Part shown: positions 37,997 to 48,076 of the stretch, piece by piece
Position numbering within the stretch: the first letter of the stretch is position 1
Layout of the letters: every line of letters starts with the position of its first letter
Assembly: GCA_034667685.1 (NCBI GenBank)
Contig: JAXDQU010000012.1
Span: forward strand, 11,770-75,769
Direction: 5' to 3'
Source: Thermoplasmata archaeon
Lineage (GTDB): Archaea; Thermoplasmatota; SW-10-69-26; JACQPN01; JAJPHT01
Length of the DNA: 64,000 nucleotides
Notes under the pieces: model-generated
What the model saw: the letters and a program-made list of their open reading frames with translations, nothing else
Told to the model about the DNA's origin: nothing
The model's database searches: none
Position numbers and translations under genes: made by a program

Positions 37997-38956
37997 TTAC
38001 CCCAGCGCCGCCGCCACCATCAAAGGAAGAATCACGGCCGCGTCGCCCTCGACGTTCACGATCCGCGCATCCTCCTTGACCTTGCCCCATGAGATGGCCT
38101 CTTCGAGCCGCGCGCCGGAGAGGGAGCCGTCGTGCTCGACGGCCGTGGTCACGTAGACCGCGTAGTCGAGCCCGCCGCGGAACTGGCTCCACCAGATGAC
38201 GTGGTGCTTGCTGATGCCGCCGCCGATCATGAGGGCGCCGAGCTCCTTCGCGCCGAACGCGAGGTCTGATAGCAGCTGCTCGTCGGCGAGGAGGTCGAAG
38301 CCGATCTGGCGGTCGTGCTGATATCTCGACCAGACCTGCGAGCCCACGCTGCCGTCGGTGGGGCCCGGGATGAAGATGGGGACGTCCTTCTCGTAGCAGG
38401 CGCGCAGCAGGCTCTCTTCGCTGCGCGGCTCCTGCGCGATCCGGCGGCCCAGCTCGCGGGTGAAGTCGCGCGTGCTCCAGCGCTTCTGCGTGGCGAACAT
38501 CTCGACGAGCCAGGGCTGGAGGCGCTCCTCCAGGATCTCGCCGTAGCTCTCGTTGGGCACGAGCACGTTGCCCAGGCGGTTGACCTCCTCCGCGTGGAGC
38601 GCGCGGTCGTCCAGGTCGAAGCTGCCATGATAGTACTCGCGCCACGTGCGCGCCAGGTCATGGTCCAGCGTGCCGCAGGTGGTCACGATGGCGTCCACCA
38701 TGCCGGCGCGCACCATGCCGGTGAAGACGCCGCGCACGCCCGTCGCGCACAGCGCGGCCGGGAAGCTGAGGATCGTGGTGACGCCCTCCCCGCGCATGCG
38801 GCCCAGGATCTCGGCGCCCAGCGCGAGCTTCTTGGCGCTGAACGCGGAGGCCTCGCCCATCTGCGAGACGAGGTCGGCCGCGCGCAGGCCCGGCGAGATC
38901 GCCATGTCCTTCACGGGCGTGAGGCGCGCGCGGATCCCCTTCGGGTCGCGGGTCAT
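37997..38956 (-). CDS. dys: Deoxyhypusine synthase
   Basis: VTTCGTLDHD, NRLGNVLVP, DGSVG, GGGISKHH, DGSLSGARLEEAISWGK. Confidence 0.96.
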   Translation of the reverse strand: MTRDPKGIRARLTPVKDMAISPGLRAADLVSQMGEASAFSAKKLALGAEILGRMRGEGVTTILSFPAALCATGVRGVFTGMVRAGMVDAIVTTCGTLDHDLARTWREYYHGSFDLDDRALHAEEVNRLGNVLVPNESYGEILEERLQPWLVEMFATQKRWSTRDFTRELGRRIAQEPRSEESLLRACYEKDVPIFIPGPTDGSVGSQVWSRYQHDRQIGFDLLADEQLLSDLAFGAKELGALMIGGGISKHHVIWWSQFRGGLDYAVYVTTAVEHDGSLSGARLEEAISWGKVKEDARIVNVEGDAAVILPLMVAAALG

Positions 38957-39046
38957 CGTGCGCGCACCGGGCGCGCGCCGGAAGAGCGTTTCCCATCGAC
39001 GCCCCGGCCACAAGCAGGAATCCTGCCGGCCAGCAGAGGCAAGCGC

Positions 39047-39379
39047 ATGGGAGCCACCCGCCTCGCGCTCTACCTCGTCGGCCTCGTGATCGTCGTCGTG
39101 GCCGCCTGGGTCTTCCTCACGCAGACGCCGGTGGGCCGCCAGGTCCCCTCGAGCCTCGCCCTCGTGCTGATCCTGCTGCTCGTGGGCATCGGCGTCATGG
39201 CCGCCGCGAGCAACATCAACGAGTCGCGCGTCACGCGGCGCGTGGTGCGCGAAGGCGCGCCCGGCTACGTCGCGCCCCCCGCCTACGAGCGCCGCGTCTA
39301 CGACACGCGCTACGCCCCCGGCTACGTCGAGCCGCCCGTTGACGGGGAAACCATCGTCGACGAGCGCCGGTTCGACTGA
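39047..39379 (+). CDS. Small membrane protein (2 TM)
   Basis: Two hydrophobic helices then a Pro/Tyr/Arg tail; host-like codons. Confidence 0.75.
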   Translation: MGATRLALYLVGLVIVVVAAWVFLTQTPVGRQVPSSLALVLILLLVGIGVMAAASNINESRVTRRVVREGAPGYVAPPAYERRVYDTRYAPGYVEPPVDGETIVDERRFD

Positions 39380-39413
39380 GGGTTCATAGGGGCTCCCTCC
39401 CCTTTTTCGGCCA

Positions 39414-41354
39414 GTGGTCCCCCTCGACGCCGAGCTGAAGGCGCTGGCCGCGCTGGTGTCGCTGGCCTTCGCCTCCATCGTGCTGATCGTGCCCGGCCGG
39501 AGCGCGCGCAACCTCTGGCTCGCGGCGTTCCTCCTCCTCATCGCGGGCAACCAGGGCGCCGAGACGATGCGCGCCTTGGGCGGCCCCCACGTGGAGGCGT
39601 GGTACCGCCTCGCGGCGATCTGCGCGGCGATCGACCCGCTCGCGCTCCTCATGTTCGTCTCGGCCGCGCTGGGCCCCGTCGCCCGGCCCTCGCGCCTCTT
39701 CCTGGGCTACGTCCTCCTCGCCAGCGGCGCCCTCGCGCTCTACGCGGGCTGGACGCTGCAGCTCAACCGCGCCACCAACGGCGACCCCGTGGCGTTCAGC
39801 CTGGCGGTCTCCGTCCACACGCTGCTCGTCTACGGCTGGTGCCTCGTCGTCTCCGTGCGCCGCCTCCGCGAAGATCCGACCGCCCCGTGGGGGATCATGA
39901 TCCCGGCCCTGGCCGTGGCGGTCATGCCGCGCGCGATCGACATGCTCAACGCCGTCTTCGCGATCGTCCTGCTGCCGCGGTTCGGCGGCGCGCACGATCC
40001 GCCGCCGTACTTCTACGGCCTGCTCGCGGCCAGCCTCGCCCTCATGGCGCTGATGGTGGGCCTCCTCGTCCGCGAGGCGCGCCGCGCGACGCACCCCGTC
40101 GCCAAGCGCCGGCTCGCGCAGGCCGCGCTGGCCGCGGGCCTCGTGCTTGCCCTCGTGAAGCTCCCCGGCGTCCTCCTGGGCACGCCGCTCATCGGCGAGA
40201 GCCCGCGCATCGATGCCGTGAACTCGTTCCTGGGCCGCTCGGGCGCCGCGGTGCGCTGGCTCGTGTTCGGCGCCTTCGCGTCGGCCATGGTCTTCACCGA
40301 CGAGACGCCGCGCTTCTCGCCGGCGCAGCGCCGCCTCGCCTCGCGCGGTCTCCTGGTCATCGCGTTCATGACGTTCGCGGCCACGCTCCTCGTCGCCATC
40401 TTCGGCACGCTGGGCTACTCCGCCTCGACGCTCGCCGCGGCCGTCTTCGTGGCGCTCGCGGCGCTGGCGCTCTCGCAGGGGTTCCGCGGCCTCGTCGACG
40501 CGACGGCGCGCACGCTCTACGGCGTGCCGCGCCAGGGCGAGGCGGAGGCGCTGCCCGAGACGCGCGTCGGCCCCGGCGCCACGCTGGCCTCGCGCTACCG
40601 CGTCGTGCGCGCGCTCGGGGGCGGCGGATCGGGCGAGACGTTCCTGGCGTGGGACGAGCACCTGCGCCGCGAGGTGGCGCTCAAGGTCGTCCCCGCCTCG
40701 GGCCCCGCGGCGCTGCGCGAGGCGCGCATCGCGGGCGCGGTCCACCACCCCTTCGTCGTCGCGGTCCACGACGTGCTCCAGCGGCGCGCCTCCGTCGTGC
40801 TCGTCATGGAGTACGTCTCGGGCGGCTCGCTCGCCGACCGGATCGAGCGCGAAGGCCCGCTCCCGCTGGCGCAGGGCGCGGCGCTCCTCGACGAGATCGC
40901 GCAGGGCGTCAGCGCCGTGCACGCGCTGGGCGTCGTGCACCGCGACCTGACGCCCGCGAACATCCTGCTCACGCCGGAGGGCCGCCCCAAGATCGCGGAC
41001 TTCGGCATCGCGGGCCGCGTCGGACGGCGCACGCTCGTCCTGGGCGACACGCTCCTGCGGATGGGCACGCCCGGCTTCGTGGCGCCCGAGCAGGCGCGCG
41101 GCGAGACGCCCACCGCGGCCGCGGACGTGTACGCGCTGGGCGTGATGCTGCGCGCGGCGGTGCGCGGCCCGCTCCCCGCGTCGCTGGAGGCCGTCGCCGC
41201 ACGCGCCACGCTGCCCGATCCCGCGAAGCGCTGGCCCGACGCGAAGGCGTTCCTCGACGCGCTGCGGCTAGCGCTCCCAGTACACGAGCGCGCTGCGTCC
41301 GACGTGGACGACGTCGCCGTGCGCGAGCGGCGCGGGCCCCTCGATCCGCCGTAG
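39414..41354 (+). CDS. Multi-TM Hanks-type Ser/Thr protein kinase
   Basis: About 10 N-terminal TM helices; LGGGGSG, VALK, HRDLTPAN, DFG, GTPGFVAPE, DVYALG. Confidence 0.9.
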   Translation: MVPLDAELKALAALVSLAFASIVLIVPGRSARNLWLAAFLLLIAGNQGAETMRALGGPHVEAWYRLAAICAAIDPLALLMFVSAALGPVARPSRLFLGYVLLASGALALYAGWTLQLNRATNGDPVAFSLAVSVHTLLVYGWCLVVSVRRLREDPTAPWGIMIPALAVAVMPRAIDMLNAVFAIVLLPRFGGAHDPPPYFYGLLAASLALMALMVGLLVREARRATHPVAKRRLAQAALAAGLVLALVKLPGVLLGTPLIGESPRIDAVNSFLGRSGAAVRWLVFGAFASAMVFTDETPRFSPAQRRLASRGLLVIAFMTFAATLLVAIFGTLGYSASTLAAAVFVALAALALSQGFRGLVDATARTLYGVPRQGEAEALPETRVGPGATLASRYRVVRALGGGGSGETFLAWDEHLRREVALKVVPASGPAALREARIAGAVHHPFVVAVHDVLQRRASVVLVMEYVSGGSLADRIEREGPLPLAQGAALLDEIAQGVSAVHALGVVHRDLTPANILLTPEGRPKIADFGIAGRVGRRTLVLGDTLLRMGTPGFVAPEQARGETPTAAADVYALGVMLRAAVRGPLPASLEAVAARATLPDPAKRWPDAKAFLDALRLALPVHERAASDVDDVAVRERRGPLDPP

Positions 41355-41963
41355 GTTGAGCCGCGTGCCGTTGCGGCTGCTGGGCACGTTCTCCAGCGTG
41401 AGGCGCCCCCGCGCGGCGCGCACGACGCTGTTCTCCATGCTCACGAACGGATCGTAGTCGAGCGAGATCGCCGCCTCGCGGCTGCGCCCCAGCGTCCAGG
41501 CCATCTCCTCGGGCGGATCGGGCGCGCGCAGCGGGAAGACGCGCTCCTCGTCGGCGCCCTTGAGCAGCACGAGGCGCGGCCCGCGCTGCTCGGGCTGGCC
41601 CGCGGCGTCGAGCGGCACGGTGCTCACGCGCGGCTCGACGATGCTGCGCGCCTGCGCCAGCTCGCGAAGCTCCTCGGAGAGCGAGAAGAACATCGGGTGG
41701 TTGAGGTGGTACTCCCGCGTCGGGCCCCCGGCGCGCAGCGCGTCGCGCGAGAGCGCCAAGCCCACGCGCTCCAGGCGATCGAGGTGCTCGCGCACGGTCT
41801 GCCGCGCCACGACGCGCTCCGCGTCCTTGCGGCTCCCCTGGATCTCGATCTCGCGCAGCGTGCGCGGCACGCGGATCTCGCGCAGGAGCGCCAGGCGCGG
41901 CAGGCTCCCGAGCGCGGCGAAGGTCGCGGCCAGCGTCTCGTCGTCGGGTCCGCCTTGCGGCAT
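41268..41963 (-). CDS. ArsR-like winged-HTH + FHA domain regulator
   Basis: FAALGSLPRLALL..TVREHLDRLERVGL; C-terminal WTLGRS..VS..SSRNGT..LAHGDVVHVG. Confidence 0.85.
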   Translation of the reverse strand: MPQGGPDDETLAATFAALGSLPRLALLREIRVPRTLREIEIQGSRKDAERVVARQTVREHLDRLERVGLALSRDALRAGGPTREYHLNHPMFFSLSEELRELAQARSIVEPRVSTVPLDAAGQPEQRGPRLVLLKGADEERVFPLRAPDPPEEMAWTLGRSREAAISLDYDPFVSMENSVVRAARGRLTLENVPSSRNGTRLNLRRIEGPAPLAHGDVVHVGRSALVYWER

Positions 41964-42078
41964 GCGGCGGCAATCGCGCTGGCGCACTTGGGCCTTCTGC
42001 CCGGCAGGATCGTTCCTGCCTTCTGGGGATGCGGCCCTGGATGGGAAACGTGAAGCGAGCGCGCGCGGTGCCGCACGC

Positions 42079-43377
42079 GTGAAGGCCTTCGCCGTCGCTG
42101 CGCTCCTTCTCCTCGCCGCGGGCGCCCTCGCCGGGTGCACGCAGCAGGACCAGGCCACTCTCTCGAGCGCCGCCACCGCGCTGCATTCGGCGCTGACCAA
42201 CACGTCCTTCGCCGGCGTCGAGCGCCCCAGCGACGCCTACTGCGGCAAGGACTCGCGCCCCGAAGGCGCAGGGTGCGTGCACGAGCCCGTCAAGGGTGAC
42301 CCCAACTCGCGCGCCGACCCGCCCGGCCTCGTCGAGCTGCGCGGCTGGGTCCTCGGCACGCCCGTCTGCAAGGAGTCCGGCACGCATGGTTGCTTCGAGT
42401 ACGGCGCCGAGATCCTCCTCGACACGAGCTGGGACTCGTCGCTGGATGCAGGCAGCGGCGTCACGCCCATCGACACGCCCGACAAGGTCGTCCACTTCCT
42501 GACGCCCGACGACGTGCTGATGTTCGGCCAGGGCTCCGCGGGCGGATCGCCCCAGGTCGACTCCGACGGCCTCTCCTTCGGCGGCTCGCAGGCGCTCGTG
42601 GTCCACGTCGAGATCGTCGGCTGGGCCGCGGACCACGCCGGGAAGCCCAACGACCGCGCCAGCGCGCCCTCCGGCTGGACGGAGCAGACCGCGTTCGGCG
42701 AGGGCCCCGGCGTCTTCTGGGCCTACCCGCCCCAGCGCCTCTGGACGGGCTCGACCTTCGTCCCCTGGCAGCAGGACGCCTACGTGCGCCTCGTGGGCTT
42801 GGGATGGGAGGACGAGCCACACGTCTCCTGCAACCCCGACGGCGCGTTCGGCGCGGGCACCTGCTCGGGCGAGAGCAGCGGCACCTCGGGCGAGGCCGGC
42901 GACCGCAGCCGCATCAACTGCTGGTTCGGCCAGACCATGTGGGGCATCCCCGCGCCGAGCTCCACCTCGAAGCGCGGCTGGATGGAGCTTCACCCGCCTG
43001 ACTACATGGTGCTCCTCGACGCGCAGAAGCCGCGCCCCAAGGACACGACGATGCAGTTCCAGACCTCGCTGGGCACGTTCCCCATCACCTTTGCGAAAGA
43101 GAACGCGATCCTCTCCATCTGCGCGGACGACCAGCGCTCCGGCGACGACGCCTCCGCCACGCTGCTGATCCACCCCGGCCCGCGCCCGAGCGCCACGTCC
43201 CAGCTGGCCTGCGGCGCGCTGGAGAACGGCGACTTCACCGTGCAGGCTTCGAAGAACGTGATCGTCACGGCGGAGACGTCGCCCATCCCGCACTGCCGCG
43301 TCGAGGCGCACATGAACGGCAGCAATTCGTTCAACGCGAAGCTCTTCGCGCTGTACGTCGCGCGCTGGGTGCCCTAG
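42079..43377 (+). CDS. Hypothetical lipoprotein, Cys/Trp-rich
   Basis: GTG start, lipobox LAGC, GWMELHPPD motif; divergent from the FHA regulator. Confidence 0.75.
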   Translation: MKAFAVAALLLLAAGALAGCTQQDQATLSSAATALHSALTNTSFAGVERPSDAYCGKDSRPEGAGCVHEPVKGDPNSRADPPGLVELRGWVLGTPVCKESGTHGCFEYGAEILLDTSWDSSLDAGSGVTPIDTPDKVVHFLTPDDVLMFGQGSAGGSPQVDSDGLSFGGSQALVVHVEIVGWAADHAGKPNDRASAPSGWTEQTAFGEGPGVFWAYPPQRLWTGSTFVPWQQDAYVRLVGLGWEDEPHVSCNPDGAFGAGTCSGESSGTSGEAGDRSRINCWFGQTMWGIPAPSSTSKRGWMELHPPDYMVLLDAQKPRPKDTTMQFQTSLGTFPITFAKENAILSICADDQRSGDDASATLLIHPGPRPSATSQLACGALENGDFTVQASKNVIVTAETSPIPHCRVEAHMNGSNSFNAKLFALYVARWVP

Positions 43378-43401
43378 GGCGGCCGGCGTTCGCGCGGCGG
43401 C

Positions 43402-43503
43402 CTACGTGACGACCTCGGCCAGCCGCCCTTCCTGGGCCGCGCGCTTGATCTCCATCGCGATCCGGCGGCCCGTGCTCGTCGGCTGGCGCCAGAGCGCGTT
43501 CCC
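43402..43503 (-). pseudogene. Orphan duplicate of the purP C-terminal 33 codons
   Basis: GNALWRQPTSTGRRIAMEIKRAAQEGRLAEVVT* versus the gene end, 26/33 aa identical. Confidence 0.85.
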
Positions 43504-43537
43504 CGGCCGCGCCCGATGGGCGAAATCCCTCCACGCG

Positions 43538-44701
43538 CTACGTCACAAGCTCGGCGAGGCGGCCTTCTTCGGCCCCGCGGCGGATCTCCATCGCGATCCG
43601 GCGACCGGTCGACATCGGGCGCCGCCATGTCGCGTTCCCGTAGGGGTGGCCGACGCCGACGTGGACGTTCGTCCCGCCGCCGATCCTGGGCGCGACGTCG
43701 TAGATGTAGAACTTCATGTCCTTGTCCACGCACGTCTGGAGGCAGAAGGGGCCGATGACGCCGGGCGCGTAGTGCTCCTTCGCGGCGGCGACGAACTTCT
43801 CGCCCAGCGCGAAGGCATCCTCGAGGAGCGACTCGCGCACCGTGGCCGTGTTGTGGCCGACCACCGTCATCTCGGGGATCTTCTGCTTGCCCTGGAGCGT
43901 CAATTGCTGCGCGGCGGGCAGGCGCACGTGGCCGTCCAGGCTCGACTCGAAGCGCCAGTCGACGCCCAACAGCTCCAGGGGCTCCTCGCCGTGGCGCGCG
44001 GCGAGCGGGCTGTGGAAGAAGTTGAAGTTGAACACGGGGCCGATGACGTAGCGCTCGATGCGCGCCTTGTCGAGCGACTCCTGGTCGATGACGCCCTGCG
44101 ATAGCAATTCGCCGCTCTTCTCCTGGTATTCCTGGTATGACGCGGCGGTGAAGAAGCCGCGCTCCAGCTTCTTCTTGGCGTGGTGGAGCTTGACGATGAC
44201 CAGCTCGTTGATATCACGCGGGTCGTTGATCTTCTCGGGGAAGGGGAGCCCGGCCTTCTCCAGGAGCCAGTAGTAGTCGCGCTGCTCGGTGCGCTCCTCG
44301 GTGCGCAGCATCCCGCGGTTGCCGAAGATCGGCACGCGCCACTTGTCCTCGACGTTGTCGATCCCGCAGTAGACGGTGAAGCTGCGGTTGGGCACCCAGA
44401 TGGTGCTCCGGTCGAGCAGGTGCTGCTGGCGCGCGTCCTGCACGACGTCGCCGAAGCGCGGGAGCACCATGCACTCGTCGATGGCGCCGCGCAGGAGCTT
44501 GCCGTGCGCGTCGCGCTGCGCCTTGAAGTAGCGCGCGTAGGTCTTCTCGCGCCCCTGCTGCGCCACCACGAGCGTGCGGAAGCCCTCGTCCGCCGCGCCG
44601 TCCGCGACGTCCAGCGCGCTGTGGCTGCCGATGGCGCCCACGGTGAGCTTGCGCGTATCGTACCGGGCCAACGCTTCCTGCACCGCGGCGCGGGGGATCA
44701 T
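43538..44701 (-). CDS. purP: PurP-family ATP-grasp protein (AICAR formyltransferase, formate-dependent)
   Basis: IGSHSAL, VPNRSF, PIFGNR, ERGFF, IGPFCLQ, DVAPRIGGGTN, MSTGRRIAMEI. Confidence 0.93.
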   Translation of the reverse strand: MIPRAAVQEALARYDTRKLTVGAIGSHSALDVADGAADEGFRTLVVAQQGREKTYARYFKAQRDAHGKLLRGAIDECMVLPRFGDVVQDARQQHLLDRSTIWVPNRSFTVYCGIDNVEDKWRVPIFGNRGMLRTEERTEQRDYYWLLEKAGLPFPEKINDPRDINELVIVKLHHAKKKLERGFFTAASYQEYQEKSGELLSQGVIDQESLDKARIERYVIGPVFNFNFFHSPLAARHGEEPLELLGVDWRFESSLDGHVRLPAAQQLTLQGKQKIPEMTVVGHNTATVRESLLEDAFALGEKFVAAAKEHYAPGVIGPFCLQTCVDKDMKFYIYDVAPRIGGGTNVHVGVGHPYGNATWRRPMSTGRRIAMEIRRGAEEGRLAELVT

Positions 44702-44811
44702 CGGCCCTGCGAGGCGGCGGGCCGGAAAAAGCCTTCCTCGCCCCGGTCCCTGCCAGCGGACTCGATCCGGGCGCCGGGGACGGGGGCCGGACCGGGACGG
44801 TAACAACGTTC

Positions 44812-46509
44812 ATGATGCCGCGTCCTCTCCGTCGTAACGTGGGAGACTCGGGTCGGGGAGCGAAGATCTTCATGGCCGTCGTGGTGGCCGCGCCCGTCCT
44901 GTTCGGGTTCTGGGTGGGGCTGAAGACGTCGGAGCGCACGATCCCCGCGGACGCCCTGATCCCCGAGGGCCAGTTCGGCGCCGGCGTCGCCGTGCTGCGC
45001 ACCGCCACCGACACCTACGTCGCAACCTTCGTCTACGCGCGGCTGCCCGACGTCGTGGTCGACTCCATCGTGCGCGACTACGGCGACCTGGCCAACCAGA
45101 CCGTGGGGCCCGTGCCCAGCGTCCCCTCTGGGCCGCCGCAGGTGCCGCCCAACGCGCCCTGCCTGCAGAACTGCCCGCCGGGGCAGGCGCCCCCGCCCAC
45201 TGGCGTCACCGCCCTCACGGGCGACCTGCGCAAGGCGCTCAACAGCACCCGCCTCTCCGCGCACGGCGCCTTCGCGGAGGTCTCCGACTTCCATTTCGTG
45301 GACCGCTCGCGCGAGGTGACCTACGTCGTGCTCGGACGCCTTCCCAACGCCTCGGTGCCCGACATCCGCCTCGACTCGCTCGGCTTGGGCGAGGTGGCGG
45401 AGAACCTCCTCCAGGCGTGCCGCGAGGCCACCGCCCGGGCCGACCTCGCCGACGTGGAGTGCCCCGCCAACCCCACGACGCTGCGTCTCGATGCGACGCT
45501 GGACCCGAGCCTCGTGGACCGCTTTGGCGCGCTGCCTTCGGGGACGTCCTCCGTGTTCGGCCCGCTGGTCTGGGACACGCACCAGCCCCTCGCGCCGCTC
45601 CCTTCCGGCTTCTGGGGGAAGCTGGGCAAGTTCGCGTCCGGCGACCCCGTGCCCCTTTACCTCCCCACCAGCATCGCCCTCCTCGCGCTGGGCATGATCC
45701 TCCCGGCCTTGGCATGGAACACGGTGGCCGGCATCGCCTTCCGCACGGCGCCCATCCTCCCCATGCCCGTGCTGGGGTGCGCCACCGTGGTCGGCTCCCT
45801 CGTGGCGGTGCGCTACGACCTCGTCCCCTGGCTGGGCGTGGGCCTCCTCGTCCTCGCGCCGGCCGCGCTCTACGCCTGGGCGGCGTTCGTGTACGCGACG
45901 AAGGAGCTTCCGTGGGCGGACTACCACTCCGGCCCCTACGTGGCGCTGGGCCTCGTGCTCGTGGCGGCGTTCGTCGCCGTGCGCCTTGGGCAGGTGCCCT
46001 GGAACGTCACCATCATCGCCTTCCTCGCCTCGGGCCAGGCGTCCGCGAACGCGGCGCTCCTCGTCCGCCAGGCGGGGTTCGTCTTCATCGGGACGCTCGT
46101 CCTGGGCCTCCTCCTGGCCTTCGGGCCCATCGCGGGGGGCGCGCTGGTCGGGTCGGGCCATCTCTGGAGCGACCGGAGGAGGCGCCTCAAGGCGATGGAG
46201 CGACCGAAGGACTTCGCGAAGCTCTCGCGCCGCGAGCGCCGAAAGCTGGAGGCCGAGCACCTGGCCAAGGCCAGCGCCGAAGCCCTCTGGAGAGACACCG
46301 GCGCGGAGGAGCTGGGGGCCGCCGCCCGGACCTTCATCGCCTGGCGGCTCTACGAGAGAAGCGAGAAGGACAAGAAGTTCCTGGAGCGCTACAAGCAGGC
46401 CGTTGCCAACCTGCGCGGCGAGACGTACGCTCCGGAGCCGTCCCTCCAGGAGCCGTTGCACAGCGTGCGCGTCCAGGTGGCGGATCAGGGCGGGCCCGAG
46501 GCCCGGTAG
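44812..46509 (+). CDS. Multi-pass membrane hypothetical protein
   Basis: N-terminal TM, soluble domain, about 5-6 TM helices, charged tail; start uncertain. Confidence 0.7.
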   Translation: MMPRPLRRNVGDSGRGAKIFMAVVVAAPVLFGFWVGLKTSERTIPADALIPEGQFGAGVAVLRTATDTYVATFVYARLPDVVVDSIVRDYGDLANQTVGPVPSVPSGPPQVPPNAPCLQNCPPGQAPPPTGVTALTGDLRKALNSTRLSAHGAFAEVSDFHFVDRSREVTYVVLGRLPNASVPDIRLDSLGLGEVAENLLQACREATARADLADVECPANPTTLRLDATLDPSLVDRFGALPSGTSSVFGPLVWDTHQPLAPLPSGFWGKLGKFASGDPVPLYLPTSIALLALGMILPALAWNTVAGIAFRTAPILPMPVLGCATVVGSLVAVRYDLVPWLGVGLLVLAPAALYAWAAFVYATKELPWADYHSGPYVALGLVLVAAFVAVRLGQVPWNVTIIAFLASGQASANAALLVRQAGFVFIGTLVLGLLLAFGPIAGGALVGSGHLWSDRRRRLKAMERPKDFAKLSRRERRKLEAEHLAKASAEALWRDTGAEELGAAARTFIAWRLYERSEKDKKFLERYKQAVANLRGETYAPEPSLQEPLHSVRVQVADQGGPEAR

Positions 46510-46718
46510 CCGGCCTGCTCCACGGCGGCCTGCATGTCCTCGATGCGCGCGGCCTTCGGGTCGTAGCTGACCGTGGCGCGGTGGAAGACGAGGTCGACGT
46601 TCGCGCTCGCGACGCCCGGCACGCTGCGCAGCGCGTCGCCGACGTGCTTCTGGCAGTTGGCGCACGTCATGCCCTGGATGCGCAGGACGACGGTCTCCTT
46701 CTGGCCGAAGAGGCCCAT
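46485..46718 (-). CDS. Heavy-metal-associated (CopZ-like) chaperone
   Basis: IQGMTCANC..VPGV..AVEQAGY. Confidence 0.92.
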   Translation of the reverse strand: MGLFGQKETVVLRIQGMTCANCQKHVGDALRSVPGVASANVDLVFHRATVSYDPKAARIEDMQAAVEQAGYRASGPP

Positions 46719-46752
46719 GGGCGGACCATCGTCGCGGCGCAGCTTGAAGCTG

Positions 46753-47586
46753 TCACCAGACGCGGCCCCAGTGCACGTCCAGGTCGTCGTGGAGCACCAT
46801 CTCCAGCGCCTCGACGAGCGCCTCGGACTCCGCCTTCTGCCCCTTGGCGCGGATCTCCTCGACCGTCTCGCCGCGGCGCACCGGGAAGGCGCGCTGCGCC
46901 AGGATCGGGCCCTGGTCGAGGTCGGGCGTCACGAAATGCGCGGTCGCGCCCGCCACGCGCACGCCGTGCTCCCACGCCTGGCGGTACGCCGACGCGCCCG
47001 GGAAGGCCGGCAGGAGGCTGGGGTGGACGTTCACGATGCGGTTGGGGTAGCGCCACACGAACGACGGGCTGAGGATGCGCATGAAGCGCGCCAGCACCAG
47101 GAGGTCGACCTCGGCCTTATCGAGGATCTTCAGCGCGCGCTGCTCGCCCAGCGCCGGCTTCGTCCAGGGCACGTGGTGGAACGGCAGCCCCCGCTGCGCG
47201 GCCAGCGGCGCCAGGTCCTTGCGGTTGGAGAGGACGAGCGTGGGCTCCATGCGCAGCCGGTCCGCGCCCACCGCGTCGAGCACCGCCTCCGGCGCGTGTG
47301 ATTCCTTCGTCACGAGGAGCGCGACCTTGCGCTTCGCCTTCGGGTCGTGCACCTGCACGCGCACGTCCATGCCCAGCGACTTGCCCACCGCGGCGAGGTC
47401 GCGTCGGAGCGCCTTCTCGTCGAGCTTCGCGAAGCTGGCCTGCACGAGCATGTGGAACTCGCCGCGGCGCACGCGCTCCTCCAACGCCTCGATGTTCGCG
47501 CCCCGCTCGAAGAGGAAGCTCGTGAAGCGCGCCACGACGCCGGTCCGGTCGGCGCCCGTGACGGTGAGGTTGACGACGCGGGGCAC
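46753..47586 (-). CDS. purU: Formyltetrahydrofolate deformylase
   Basis: N-terminal ACT domain (GADRTGVVA), LARFMRIL, NVHPSLLPAFPGA, GATAHFVT.DLDQGPI. Confidence 0.92.
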   Translation of the reverse strand: MPRVVNLTVTGADRTGVVARFTSFLFERGANIEALEERVRRGEFHMLVQASFAKLDEKALRRDLAAVGKSLGMDVRVQVHDPKAKRKVALLVTKESHAPEAVLDAVGADRLRMEPTLVLSNRKDLAPLAAQRGLPFHHVPWTKPALGEQRALKILDKAEVDLLVLARFMRILSPSFVWRYPNRIVNVHPSLLPAFPGASAYRQAWEHGVRVAGATAHFVTPDLDQGPILAQRAFPVRRGETVEEIRAKGQKAESEALVEALEMVLHDDLDVHWGRVW

Positions 47587-47639
47587 GGGCCGGCCGAGCG
47601 GGGTCGGCGCGCTTGACCCTTTGCGCGCGCATGCTCGGC

Positions 47640-47715
47640 TCGTGGCGCTTCTTTCCCACACCGCGCATCCGAGGCATCCGCGGATTCCGGGATTCTCGGT
47701 GTCGGAAAGGGAGCG
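47640..47715. repeat. MITE/REP-like palindromic element, copy 2
   Basis: Core 47658-47702 is 44/45 identical to the reverse complement of 24753-24797. Confidence 0.9.
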
Positions 47716-47775
47716 GCCGGCCAACGAACCTGGATGGCCCGAACGGCTTTATGCGGGGCCGCGGTTGGCGGACCC

Positions 47776-48012
47776 GTGTCCAAGAAGCGCCCGCTGGACG
47801 TCCTGAACGCCAGCCTCAACAAGCGCGTGATCGTCCACCTGCGCGGCAAGCGCGAGTACCGCGGGACGCTCGACGGCTACGACCACCCGCACCTCAACCT
47901 CGTGCTCAAGGGCGTCGAGGAGATCCACAACGTGGGCACGCCCGAGGAGAAGACCGCGATGCGGGACCTCGTCATCGTCCGCGGCGACAACATCATCTAC
48001 ATCAGTCCGTAG
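47776..48012 (+). CDS. Sm-like archaeal protein (SmAP/Lsm)
   Basis: [47 protein letters not shown]-like tttatg upstream. Confidence 0.95.
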   Translation: MSKKRPLDVLNASLNKRVIVHLRGKREYRGTLDGYDHPHLNLVLKGVEEIHNVGTPEEKTAMRDLVIVRGDNIIYISP

Positions 48013-48076
48013 TCGCCGCGGATGGCCGCCGGGAGGCGCCGAAGGCGCCGGTCGCCGCAGCGACCCGGCGAGCATG

